Below are positions 1 through 12,712 of a stretch of DNA of 64,000 nucleotides, piece after piece (the stretch's first letter is position 1; each line of letters begins with the position of its first letter). Under the pieces are notes generated by a model that had not been told where the DNA came from, did not search any database, and saw nothing but the letters and a program-made list of their open reading frames with translations. The stretch is from Phoronis australis (taxonomy: Eukaryota; Animalia; Phoronida), in assembly GCA_002633005.1 (NCBI GenBank), contig NMRA01000120.1:253056-317055 (forward strand), in the 5' to 3' direction. Position numbers and translations under genes: made by a program.

Positions 1-443
1 ATCTAAGTGATTATCGTAAAGTTTCTCAACACTCAGCATCACGCGTGAACTCCAGCGAAACGTCGCTTTACCCGAGACATCCAATTGTTCAACTCCCAAA
101 CTGGCATTACCGGTTTTACCCATGAACACCAGCTTGGTACAGCGTTTACCCCAGGTAGCCTTGATGTGAGGAATTCGTCGGTGGCTGCCTTTTGTAATCA
201 CAACAAAACACACGACCCTGATTTTCGCTGCCAACCTGTCGGCCACTGTTCTTTCATCTAGAATTAAAAAAACATTTGATAACTGAGATCGACATCTTGA
301 GGCCTGATTTTCAATGGAGTGTTCCGCTGACTGAGAAAATAACGACTATCCATTAGAGATTCGTAAAAGCAGGTTTTCTCTCATGAAAACAATTCCAGGA
401 GTTTTAAATCCTGGACCAGGGCAAAGTGTCTGTTTCTGGAATC

Positions 444-611
444 TCAATTCAATTTTAATTAATATAAAATATCAATTCAATTTTAATTAATATAAAATAT
501 CAATTCAATTTTAATTAATATAAAATATCAATTCAATTTTAATTAATATAAAATATCAATTCAATTTTAATTAATATAAAATATCAATTCAATTTTAATT
601 AATATAAAATA
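444..611. repeat. 28-bp AT-rich minisatellite x6
   Basis: TCAATTCAATTTTAATTAATATAAAATA, perfect copies. Confidence 0.95.
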
Positions 612-1980
612 AACGTCCCTTTAGGGCTGTTGTCTTTTTACGTGTACTAGTTAACAAAACTTAAACCTGATTTTAACTCGCGTTCTAGCAAGGAAACTTA
701 ACGTTTGCTTTACAGAACAGCTATAAAACTAAACTTTAACTTACTCAGCAGTTCTTAAGACGAGTCGTGTTCTCGGTCTTGGAACGAATTAACAGATCAT
801 TTGTGCCTCACTTGAGAAATGAACTGTGAGTTGATTCAAAGTCCAGAAATCACATACTTTAAGTACAGATAAAAGTGAGGCCGATTTTATAACGGTTCGG
901 TAAGTGGTCATCTATCAAAATTTATTTTTCAAGGAAGGACAAGTCACAGCGCTTTCACGTTCATTTAAGACTCTAGAAAAATGTCCAAATTTGGCTACCG
1001 TCGGAACATCAAATCTTAGAAATGGCTGATTGAAGGTGTTCATTCAGATAACATGCTTTATGCTGTGTTCTGTAAAAACGTTCTGATGAATTGTTTTGAA
1101 GTGTTCACTCATGCACGAGGAGCTATCATGATTTTCAATGAACAAAAACCAAACATTGCATAAAACGAAATGATAATTTAGAAAACTGTAACAGCATTGT
1201 ACATTTCTATCAAACGAAATATAGTCATGCTGATTGTACCCAAGTGTAGTTACGCACGCGTGTTAACTATATTTTACTAAAAGGTCAAGGCCATGTGTCC
1301 CAGTTGATGACCCATTGGTGTAAGGTCGAAAATCAAATTCTGTAGTCTTCCTATTTTTAGAAAATATTTATAGTTTTGTAGACATTTATACAGAGACCTG
1401 TCGATGAGATCTGGCACAACTTGAATAGATTTTGAAACTTTTATGCAAGATGCAAGGATGAGTTACCCTATCAGCAACTTGAATTCTGAGCATTCAGCCT
1501 TGAATTTCGATTTTTTCACGAAACTTTTGAAATACTCCATAAAAATCATAAGAGTACAAATTTCTATTAGCACCTTACGTAAAAATGAAACATTTTAAAA
1601 ACAATACCAGCTTTTTAGAGGGTAGTTTGCACACAACTTACGGTAGGCCTAGCTCGCCTGAAAGCTTTGATAGAATCCGATCAGCCATTTTCGGCAAACG
1701 ATGTGCAACGACTGTGAGACATATCATGTTTTGAGAAACACTCAAAACCACGAGGCCATAAATCGAACCATTTCCGAAATGACATTCTTCGACTTCGTAG
1801 GGAATCTAAACCATGATCAACCCATGTACCCATCGAACACATGCCTTTGATCACCCTTGAAGGCGGAGACCATTTTTTCCAACGAACACCTTGTTATGCA
1901 CGGCAAATGGTTTAAGGTCATTCGCGTGGACATTGATGTTCGTTCTCGTTGAATTATAATTCACTCCTAACAAGACAAAA

Positions 1981-2057
1981 GAGCCATTAGTCTGACAGAC
2001 GCCGGGTCCTTCTGTTAACCATGCAGAACGTGGGTTCGAGTCCCGGTCGGGCCAAAT
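1981..2057 (+). other. tRNA-like sequence (tRNA-derived SINE head or tRNA pseudogene)
   Basis: B-box/T-arm GGGTTCGAGTCCC at ~2033-2044, TTCTG...CAGAA stem, and GGCCA end; no clean cloverleaf. Confidence 0.35.
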
Positions 2058-3362
2058 CTTTTCAGACTTAACTTTATAGTTCACGTGATGTGACCAACAT
2101 TAGGTGTCTGAGACTACAACAATTCTTACTGATATCAACACGCTAATATATAACAACACATTTATATCCTACCAACACACATGCACGCCTAATGCCACTC
2201 ACCCCTGTGTACCGCGGCATCGTGAAAGTGGTATACTTTCACTGGTTCTCTTTTCCTGTATCTAGGCGCTCCACCCCGTATCATGAGTTCCCGAAATTTT
2301 CGCTCAGATTGGTCGCCGTGACTTACTAAATAAAATCCATCAAGGACAGAGTTGATGAGCATTCCAACGGCAAATCCGACACAAAACCAGAGCTCTTTCA
2401 TGGTTCAAATTAACGCTGTCGTACAAAAAGTAAGACACTTAATTTCAATATATCTTTTATTTGAGGTGCGGTATATCGTCAACTATACTCCAACATCTGG
2501 TCTCCATGACCAGGTGTGCACGCATCGTACATCGACGAGAAACAACTATATTGTATTGACGCTTTGTTTGCTGATAACGCGCAGACGGCAACATTTCTGC
2601 GTTGTAGTGTCCACGCCAGGTAAAGCCTCGGATCTTGGTTTCATTCGCCACCAATGTTGAAAGTTAGCGAATGACCAACATCAAAATGTTTGCGGATCTA
2701 GTATATACTTATAAAAGAGATTTTAGCCAGTGCTTTTTATAAAAACAAGTTTTAATTTAGGCCACTAATCCTTTTGAAATTGGTCTCAAATTGTTCCTAA
2801 GTCAAATTCCAAGGTTTCAAAGGAAATGACGATTCGTTATTGGCTGAGATCAAATTCAGGTCACGGCGTGAAAAAATGACGTCGTGTCCAACAGTTCTTC
2901 TAGATCTCCGGGCAGAGATCCTGACTTCTAAAGAGAGCAAGGATCAACAATATAAGATCACTTTTGTAAAGATCACGTGGTCAAAATCAACACTTGTTTT
3001 TGACAGAGAGCACGGGTTTAGAACGGTTTCAAGGCGCATTTTGAACCACGCATAACGAGCAAATTTTTAAAGGAATAATAAACTCGCTCCTAACTGCAAA
3101 AAACAACTTTGGATTTAGGCCTCTTGCTGTTCTTTCCCTAATTGTTCAGATTAGGTGACGTACAGGATTGAAATCCGGCTCACAGGAGTGCTCATTCCTT
3201 CACACCGGGCCTATAACCAGGCCCGTAGGAAGGCAAAAATTATTGGGGGGGGGGGGGGGGGGGNTTTCGACGTCGCCAAATAACTCCGCATCGCCACCAC
3301 CTCCTCGCCCCCGTCCTCCCGATGCCACCATATTTGTACCGAATTTCCCACGTGGGGAGACA

Positions 3363-3518
3363 CAGTGGCGGATTTCAGTAGGGGGCCAAGAGGCCATGAC
3401 CCCCCCTAAAATTCTTCCAGATTCTATTTGGCAGTTCGGAGGTGCCAATTTGTGACTGGTAAAACCCTGGCTAATACTCTGCCCTGCCCCCCAACTCAAA
3501 ATCCTGGATCCGCCTCTG
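3363..3518. mobile_element. hAT-type MITE (CAGTGGCGGAT...ATCCGCCTCTG)
   Basis: 11-bp TIR with one mismatch and G/C-run subterminal segments; TSD degraded. Confidence 0.6.
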
Positions 3519-5108
3519 GGACAATCCCGGAGATCCAGCCATTAAGAGTTGAGTAACCGTGAACCAACACGGAGAGTAAGAAGGGTCCTAGGACCAGTAC
3601 ACTGATCTGTAGCGAGGAGCTGCCTCAAGTAGCTTTAGCTGAGATCTAACAGTGTGAAAATACGAAATTCCTGATGAACTAAAGCCAGTTGCTGGTCAGC
3701 TCAGCTGTGATTCACTTGAGACAGGCAGCTTAGCTCGTACCTGTCGTCTGCGCTTGTTCTAAGGTCAAGATTCATTTTGTTATGACCCAGTTTCGGGAAA
3801 ACTTTATTTTATTATGGTCATTCTTTGAAAAAGTTTTTTTTTTGAAAAGGTGAGGTCCCGAAGTCTCTGGTATAGTGCCTTTGGGGCTGTTTCAATTAAA
3901 ATTCCTAGTTGAAACACGACCGGCAGTTCAGTTTCTGGTGGCTGGGGAAAGCGATAGTGGTCCCAAAAATGTTCACACTTCCTGAATGCCTTCAGTTCAA
4001 ATTCAGTTCTTGTGGTTATCACTGTGAGTCTGCGCGGCCTACTGTATGGTTACATCTTATTTTTAACATGGATACGTTAGTCATGCGAATCAGGGAAAGC
4101 AATCAATTCACTTTTGAAGAACAAAAATTCATTTACTCAATACTAATGGAAACTAAAAACACCAAGGAACTGCGAAGACAACCTTTCTAAGAAGTCAGTT
4201 TAATTATATTTATTTAAGGATTTTTAAAACTGCGAAGACAACCTTTCCTTTAAGGATTTTTAAAATGTTTTTTCTATCTACAGTTTGTGTGTACGAATTT
4301 CACCAATGTCTTTGTGAGTCATTTTAGATATGCAAAAATCGTCTGTAAGTGTACTTTACTATTTGGGGATCGGATTATAGTTTTTCCAACTTCAGGCAAC
4401 AATTAAATTCATTGAATTATCACCAATTCTTACAAGATTAACTTCTAATTGTCAAAAATCATCTATGAATCTATCGATATTCGTTGATACATAAACAAGT
4501 AAATCAGAAACCAACGGATTTGTTTATCAAACAGGAACGTTATGCGCAATTTCCGCATACAGGCCCGCAGACTTTTGACGGGTAACCGGGGGAATATGGG
4601 TGATGGGGTATTCGTACTAAGGTGTATTTTCAGAGGTACCTATAACGGTTCACGCTGTAAACTTGAACTCCACTGACAAAACAAAACGTTGAAATATTTG
4701 TTTATGATTGCGAGAGTTGTTTGAGTACTCCTTTCGACATGAACACGATCATTGCAAATAGTAGCCTAAACAGCAGTGTTTTCCACAAGTGTGAATTCCT
4801 TACAAATAACTCATAGTAACCATCTTCAAAAGAGATACTATTCTTGTGATACTACGGGAAACAGTAACATTATTTTATAACTAACCATCGGAAATAGTCC
4901 TTTTGTGTAATTCACAAGTAGTAGTCTTCACGATCTTCAAAATTCCACCCTTTCGATGGAGGCAATCCTACTGCATTTTTTCAAATTTTTGGTTGTTTAG
5001 GTCGAATGGCTGTGCTGTGCAGGAATTTTTTGTGTTTTTTATGAATTTGGAATCTCAACTTCCCTCGTGATTACGTGGCAGTGTCTAATTTATATACAGG
5101 GGTTAGTG

Positions 5109-5385
5109 CGCTATTCTATATCATGGTGATGGCCATGGATTTAGAATGTCTATATATGTAGCACGCTATTCTATATTTATAGTCATGACCATGGGTATAG
5201 AGTGTCTACCTATGTACCGCTATTCTATATTGATGGTCATGACCAAGGATATAGAGTGTCTGCCTATATACCGCTATTCTCACTCTGTATTGATGGTCAT
5301 GACCATGGATTTAGAGTGTCTATATATTTAGTGCACAATTCTATATTATGGTCATGACCACGGATTTAGATTGTCTATATTTATG
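5109..5385. repeat. ~54-bp diverged minisatellite x5
   Basis: CGCTATTCTATAT..ATGGTCATGACCATGGATTTAGAGTGTCTA units. Confidence 0.85.
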
Positions 5386-6793
5386 TAGCGAGCTACGACA
5401 ATTAGTATAACCAAAAAATAGGAACTAGAGCCTGTACTTCGTCTAATTAACAAGTGGGTGAGATGAACTCATTATAGAATATTTTTTCCATTTGGATTTG
5501 ATATGTCTTACACCTTGAAGCTTGTAATGCACCAAGGCCACTAAATGAATACATATTGTGTTTATTGAAATACCTTTAGGCAATCATTAGTTTTAGCAGA
5601 ATTAATAAAGTTTGACTTTTGCCAATATTGCAATATTACTACACATAGTTTCTAGAACGTTCCAATGTTTCATTATACGTTTAGCAACTATAAGAGACGA
5701 AACGTGAAGTAATTACAGAAATTCATAAGCAGTAATAGAATGGCTGCAGGACGGGAGTGAACTGGAACCCTCTAGTACAACACTTCGGGGCGGCAGGTGG
5801 CACCAGTGGATTATTAATTAAAATGCGTTTGCCTGACTTACTTGAATGAATCTATGTAATGTTTCTGATGCTAAAACGCTTAGTACCGATCATCACGAAT
5901 TGTTGTGTCGCCTCTCCCTCCCCCCTCCTTCCCTCCGGAGAGGGTTCCGCACGAGACAAATCTCCCTCCATCCTAGCTACATGTACGCCCCTCAGGATGT
6001 ACACAGAAGTCCGTGTCCTGACTGTTGCATACTTCTTTATGCCTTACACATTGCTCCTTGCTAGTTCAAAGGCTTAGTTTTACCCTTTATATTTGTCGTC
6101 GATCTTAATGAACTTGAACGTAACAAAATAGACACTGTGTACTGTTCGTCTTCTTAATCAAATTTTCTAAACTTAGAATAAGTAATGCTTGTGTAAAAAT
6201 CTTGCACCTCCATTTTGTGTGATATGAATTCTGATGTGACTGATCATCGTTCACATATATCAATCAGTTTGATCATCGTTTACAGCATTATTCTTAGGAT
6301 CGTTTTTGGCCAGTGTCAAGAATTCGTATAAATTACTAGGGCTGATGAAAAAACTTAGATCTTAGATCGTTAATATTAATTCTTATCAACATCTCATAAC
6401 ATGTTATACCATTCTTAGAAATAGTCGAAATTAATCTATTTTAAAGAATCATTTGTAGTAAATTTTACCAACCATGATTGTGTACACCTGTCGTGCACGC
6501 GCAGATATACATGTATATAGAGGTACAAAGGGACATTTACCCCGAACTGCTCCACCGAAAGAGGGCACCATCTGAAATGGGACACCTTAAGATGAAAGGC
6601 TAAACAACATTAAGCTTGGAAAAAAGTGACAGTTCATTCCACCGTCGTGTGGTCCCAAAACGATGCAGGCCGGGGAGTGACCTCCTTCAACATGAAAGCA
6701 CGATTTCACAAAAACAGGAAAATAGAGGTAATATATTCAAACATTGGGCTCTTTCTCCGTGAGCGGCCCCGTAAGAATTTGTCAATAAAAACA

Positions 6794-7602
6794 AACAAGA
6801 GCAACGCGGAGCGTTGAAATGCGCCCACAATTGCACCGCATACGGTATCCTTCTAGGGTTGTTTATTGGTACCATAAAGTGGCCAGTAGAGGGCATACTT
6901 TGCAAAATGGAAAGGCATGGTCATTGTCTCCTCAATAGGCTAGGGGCAAAATGTGAGTAATCTTCATAATACAAGCACATCCTATACACCAGTTGCTTAA
7001 AGCACCACAGAAACATAGAATTAAAAACAAATTTACCAACATANNNNNNNNNNNNNNNNNNNNNNNNNNNNNNNNNNNNNNNNNNNNNNNNNNNNNNNNN
7101 NNNNNNNNNNNNNNNNNNNNNNNNNNNNNNNNNNNNNNNNNNNNNNNNNNNNNNNNNNNNNNNNNNNNNNNNNNNNNNNNNNNNNNNNNNNNNNNNNNNN
7201 NNNNNNNNNNAAAAATGGCCACTAGGTGGCGCAAACTATGTCGAATCCATCCGAAAACGGCAGGATAGCGTCATCTCACTACTAGGTGCCTACATACCAA
7301 ATTTCATGAAAATCCGTTCAGGACTTTTGAAGATACAAAGGTAAGCGTAAAAAACTAAAATTGCCACTAGGGGGCACACCGGTAGTCGGATCCGTCCGAA
7401 AGTTCGCACATGCCGTCCCATTCATGAATGGAACATATGTGCCAAATTTCATGAACGTATGTCAAAGGGTTTTGGAGATAGAGCAGCGGACGCCGGACGC
7501 CGGACGGACGCCGCCCGGACGGACGGACGGACGGACGGACGGACGGACGGACAGAGATGACGGCATAATGCGTCCACATATAAATATGTGGGCGCATAAA
7601 AA
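6794..7602 (-). mobile_element. Non-autonomous Helentron/HINE (DINE-1/pearl-like) element, copy A (contains N gap 7044-7210)
   Basis: Subterminal inverted repeat ATGCGCCCACA (6819-6829) / TGTGGGCGCAT (7587-7597); stem-loop 7568-7597; (GACG)n microsatellite ~7490-7552; CAACGC-GGA-GCGTTG hairpin next to the AACAAGAG end; internal core repeats; A-rich flanks. Confidence 0.75.
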
Positions 7603-9649
7603 AGGTGGCCACTTGAATGTCATCAATGGCCTCCGTAAAGGGCGGGACTCCTAAATGTGAAAATATCTATATTTTCAAATATCAGAAAATGCGCAGCAAT
7701 TAGTGTTATCTGTCAGGTCATCAATTTTCTCACGTGATATACAGTTTCGAGAAAAAAAAAGTTATCTCCGTTATCCCTTGCCTCTGGAAAAATATAGTTT
7801 TGCATTCGCAAAATTAACTTATTGAATTTTAAACATCCCGTAAATTAGTACGCTCCGAAAAAGCTTCGCTTTACAAGTTTTCTCGATTTTTCGAAATATA
7901 TATGTGCGTTTAGACGACCTGTGCTGCAAAAGCGAAGACCCTAACGACAGTGAGGACAGGGTCCTCAAGAGGTAAAGCATGCACTGATGCTGATTTGTTA
8001 AATGTCCTCTTGAATTTTCTCTTTTATCCGTTTTTCGCAGTCTTTCTTTTCTCGACTGTAATTCCATAAGCACGTCTAGCGTCAATGCAGGATGCCCGGC
8101 CCGGTGTTTAGAACACTGTAGACCTAAGCTGTTCAGGGCTGCGTTCTACTGACATAGCTATCGAGAAAAGCTACGGTGATGTAAGTTGAGTGATCTGCTT
8201 GATATCAGTAAGCAAAAGCGAAGTTTCCCAACACGGCTTTGTTTTGACCGTTGCAATGCTAAGCCTCGCTGATGTCGTTTTTATCCACTACACTAGAAAA
8301 TATGTTTTGATGTCTTTTTATAACGTCACAAAAACTTTTGATTTAGACCTCAGGACTAACACCTTATGAAGTTGGTATCAAATTGTTCTAGTCAAAATAG
8401 AAGTGATTTCTGGGTTTGATTCTGACAGTTTGTTGCGTGCGCGGTTTGGGTACACGGCCATCAGTAAGAGGCTGGTATCGGTAACGACAGCGGGGTAGGG
8501 GCCTTTAGTTCAGTAGCTGTCTCGCGGTCAAAACCTCGAGCTCTCATTTAAAATAGGGCCTAGACGGCAATATTTCACATAATCTCGCGAAGTTTTGCTT
8601 TTTAGCGAGGTCCTAGCCTTACTCGACCAGGTGTGTGAATTCCTCGGAGAGAACGTGCTGATGGTACAAAACTACAATCAACGGGACGGGCGACGAACCC
8701 AATCGTCGGATGGTTTCCACAAAGCTCATGTATAGGCGTAGATTATGAATATTCTCACGCTTTCATCGGAATTGCGTCATTGGCAACGTCGTACTATAGC
8801 GCACCCATCACAAGGCGACAGTAGCGCCGTGATGAGTAAACATTGCACACTTTTTGCGTTTAGAGGTCTTACGCCAAATATAGGGGGAAACGTGACAGGT
8901 TTACGTTGAATGTATATCTCGCTTGCTCCCCTGTGGGTCCCCCGGCACATTCATGCAGTTGCCGGCGCGTTATTATTACAGTGCCGGTGTAGGACACAAA
9001 AAGGCGCAAGGTTCCGTCGCCAATCTACGCAGGTGGCCGGAGCCTATCATGAGTCTGGCGGAACTTGTACTGCAGCGAGTTGTTCAAAATTAAAGACCAC
9101 TCGGGGTGCCCAGTAAACGGGTGTCGCGGGCAGCTGCCTACCGTTGCTGGGAAATTAATCCAGCAATGTTTGCTGTCTGACATATTTGAACGAAACGCCA
9201 TGGTGATTAATCGTTCCTTTGATTTCATGTTTAGTGTGCTCAGCAGGAGATATCAGCTGGCCGATACAGAGATCATCTCTCCGGCCGTACAGCCAGTGGG
9301 TAAATGCAACAGCGTGGGCACACCAATTTGGCTTGCATTTCATTTGTCTCGTGAGCATCGAGTCCACCGACAAACTTAGTAGAATCGCCGACGTCGTCAA
9401 TGCCATCTTTACAGACCTAGGGGGATCCGGTCTCGCAGGGGCACTCCACTGACGGACTGCAAGGAGTGTAACCCGGCTGAAAAATCGGATAGTCTATATC
9501 CAACCCCGTGTACCGTACTAATCCCGTAGAAGCCATACAAGACCGAAAGTCACGCTCAAAAAGTGACTTTTTCTACGAAAGAATGCATTCCTATTTAACT
9601 TCCCATAAGACGTTCAACACAAGCAACCTTTAGAGTCAGTAATATTATT

Positions 9650-9893
9650 CAGGGCTTGAAGTGACAAAAAGAAGAAAATATTTCAGGTGACGTATCATAT
9701 CACAAATAAATAAGCTTGTGTGATAGAAATATTTTTTATATTGTAAAATCAAACTACAATAAACGTTTTTGCCTGAATAAAGTCAAAATAATGATAAAAA
9801 GAGACGAAAATAGAGAAAACTGGAAACCAAATAAGAGGAAGTCGAATTTAAAAAAGAGGAAATCTCCTTAAAAGAGCAAAATTACAAGAACCG
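9650..9893. mobile_element. ~245-bp MITE with CAGGGCTTG terminal inverted repeat and 6-bp TSD
   Basis: Flanked by ATTATT on both sides; homologous to 13113-13354 and to 31702-31915 (inverted). Confidence 0.7.
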
Positions 9894-9909
9894 ATTATTT
9901 TGTGTCCCC

Positions 9910-10150
9910 CACGTCAAATACTTAGTGGTGATCATACCAGTTCCAGCTGCACCTCCAACCTGAGTACAAGCCCTACGGATGCCTCACTCCACCGGAGGAC
10001 TGAGACGAACTAAGGTAAAAATCAAGCCTCTCAACACCAGTGCGGCGATTTGATGACTACAAACTTCCGAAGCTTCAGAATCTTCAGGATCCACGTCTCC
10101 GAATGCCAATGAAACTTGACTCAAACTGCGACGTGACCGGCGTCACCAAC
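9910..10150 (+). mobile_element. Possible decayed non-LTR (LINE) reverse-transcriptase C-terminal fragment
   Basis: HVKYLVVII (~VKYLGVII), later TPVRRFDDY and KLQNLQDPRLR (~KLQ.IQN.ALR), with stops. Confidence 0.3.
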
Positions 10151-12534
10151 AATAAAATCAGACGCCCAAACATATGACTGAAACCAGTCCGCTGGACCGC
10201 GTGTTAATTTTAATTAACACGTGCGTGACCATTAGAATGACTGCTTCAAAGCAGGAATAACATTCAGGACGCTCAGGAATAACTTCTCAATAAAATAAGG
10301 AAAGCCTCAGATCAATTTTGTAGCTGTAGCAATTGGTCTGAACCAAAAGTTTGCTTTTTGATAAGAAGCCATGTATAGTTTTCATGTATTCTCCAAATCA
10401 CAAGCTGTCAATTCCTTACACAACTCTATACCACATTTCAAACTCCACACAACAAAAAGTTTATCCTTGCAGTCAGCACTTTTAACAAAAGTTTGTACTG
10501 GAAATTCACAAACATAAATTTATCTAATCTCATCACAGATTACAAGCAAGGTGCTGTGTATAGTTACCAATAGCAACGGTTTAGAATGCTTCCTGGACAG
10601 GTTCCACAGCTTTTCCTGTGGAGTAACAGATGTCCTTAATGCCTTAGGGTAATTTTTTAATTTTTAGAAGGAATTAATTCCTATATTTTGACCATATTTA
10701 GAGCATCAGAGGCATGTTTACAAATGCAGATTAAATTACAAATAAATGTAGAGGTTTAATTACAAGTAGCAAGACAATAAACATACAACAGCTGCTTCTG
10801 ATCATACAACTCAACAACAGAGTGTAACTTTACTTTGTTTACAAAGTACCCAATCAGTGTCTTCCAGTTGTCTTGAAATTGGGGGGCCAGCAAAATAAAC
10901 TATCGGATGAGAAAGGTAGAAAAGGTGGTATACCAAACTGTATTGATTTGTTGGTGTTGCCAATTAAATGTCCAGTCATTCACTCTAGTGCTGCTTATTG
11001 GCCACTTTGCATTGTGTTTACCTGCAACACGATTTGTGCTATGTGATTACCTCATCTCCAGTGTAATTTTCAGACGCATAATCTACCCAGACAGCCAGAA
11101 GGCACTTACATGAAAACGTTTTTAAAAATGACAAATATTGACAAACTTTAATGAACTAATGATAAAATAAATCAAACAAAAATTGAGTAAAAAGTTAGAC
11201 TACATCTTTTGATGATAATCTATTAATGTTTCGTGTGAATGGTTAAGAAGGGATTTCATCCGCTTCTGGAATCCTCTGTGTTGTCATCTAACAACAAGAA
11301 ATACCTGCTTTAAATANCACGTCTCCGAATGCCAATGAAACTTGACTCAAACTGCGACGTGACCGGGGTCACCAACAATAAAATCAGACGCCCAAACATA
11401 TGACTGAAACCAGTCCGCTGGACCGCGCGTTAATTTTAATTAACACCTGCGTGACCTTTAGAATGACTGCTTCAAAGCAGGAATAACATTCAGGACACCC
11501 AGGAATAACTTCTCAATAAAATAAGGAAAGCCTCAGATCAATTTTGTAGCTGTAGCAATTGGTCTGAACCAAAAGTTTGCTTTTTGATAAGAAGCCATTT
11601 ATAGTTTTCATGTGTTCTCCAAATCACAAGCTGTCAATTCCTTACACAACTCTTTTCCACATTTCAAACTCCACACAACAAAAAGTTTATCCTTGCAGTC
11701 AGCACTTTTAACAAAAGTTTGTACTGGAAATTCACAAACATAAATTTATCGAATCTCATCACAGATTACAAGCAAGGTGCTGTGTATAGTTACCAATAGC
11801 AACAGTTTAGAATGCTTCCTGGACAGGTTCCACAGCTTTTCCTGTGGAGTAACAGATGTCCTTAATGCCTTGGGGTAATTTTTAGAAGGAGTTAATTCCT
11901 ATATTTTGACCATATTTAGAGCATCAGAGGCATGTTTACAAATGCAGATTAAATTACAAATAAATGTAGAGGTTTAATTACAAGTAGAAAGACAATAAAC
12001 ATAAAACAGCTGCTTCTGATCATACAACTCAACAACAGAGTGTAACTTTACTTTGTTTACAAAGTACCCAATCAGTGTCTTCCAGTTGTCTTGAAATTGG
12101 GGGGCCAGCAAAATAAACTATCGGATGAGAAAGGTAGAAAAGGTGGTATACCAAACTGTATTGATTTGTTGGTGTTGCCAATTAAATGTCCAGTCATTCA
12201 CTCTAGTGCTGCTTATTGGCCACTTTGCATTGTGTTTACCTGCAACACGATTTGTGCTATGTGATTACCTCATCTCCAGTGTAATTTTCAGACGCATAAT
12301 CTACCCAGACAGCCAGAAGGCACTTACATGAAAACGTTTTTAAAAATGACAAATATTGACAAACTTTAATGAACTAATGATAAAATAAATCAAACAAAAA
12401 TTGAGTAAAAAGTTAGACTACATCTTTTGATGATAATCTATTAATGTTTCGTGTGAATGGTTAAGAAGGGATTTCATCCGCTTCTGGAATCCTCTGTGTT
12501 GTCATCTAACAACAAGAAATACCTGCTTTAAATA
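10092..12534. repeat. ~1.22-kb tandem duplication split by a single N (probable uncollapsed haplotypes)
   Basis: 10092-11316 vs 11318-12534; N at 11317; scattered SNPs and small indels. Confidence 0.85.
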
Positions 12535-12667
12535 GGATGAAGTCAAGTCACAAAACAAGCACCACAAAGTCAAGCACTGATCATCACAGTACGTCCCAAC
12601 TTAAAAATCTTCCACCCTTACGATTAAGATAGATTGTGATTTTCTCTTCACAGTCCACACATTTCCG

Positions 12668-12712
12668 TCACCCTTCAAGAGCAGAAATCAAATCCCCGCT
12701 GGCCTCCAACTC
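12668..12712 (-). CDS. GLRX3: GLRX3 exon 10 (last coding exon)
   Basis: TTGTAG acceptor, then [17 protein letters not shown]; matches the ELxxxGxL end of the Grx domain. Confidence 0.88.
   Translation of the reverse strand, partial: ELEASGDLISALEG

Noticed and set aside
1779-1952. Selenoprotein-like in-frame TGA
   Set aside because: No recognisable selenoprotein motif or SECIS; it is more likely chance or a decayed ORF.
1981-2057. Functional tRNA gene
   Set aside because: A good B-box is present, but there is no canonical acceptor stem, D-arm or 7-nt anticodon loop.
7361-7654. ORFs with RTDG / SVRP repeats (also 16062-16413)
   Set aside because: These are translations of the HINE (GACG)n microsatellite and core.
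10907-12331. Two identical 68-aa ORFs (10907..11113 and 12125..12331)
   Set aside because: They arise from the single-N haplotype overlap just downstream of the GLRX3 stop codon and have no recognisable protein features.
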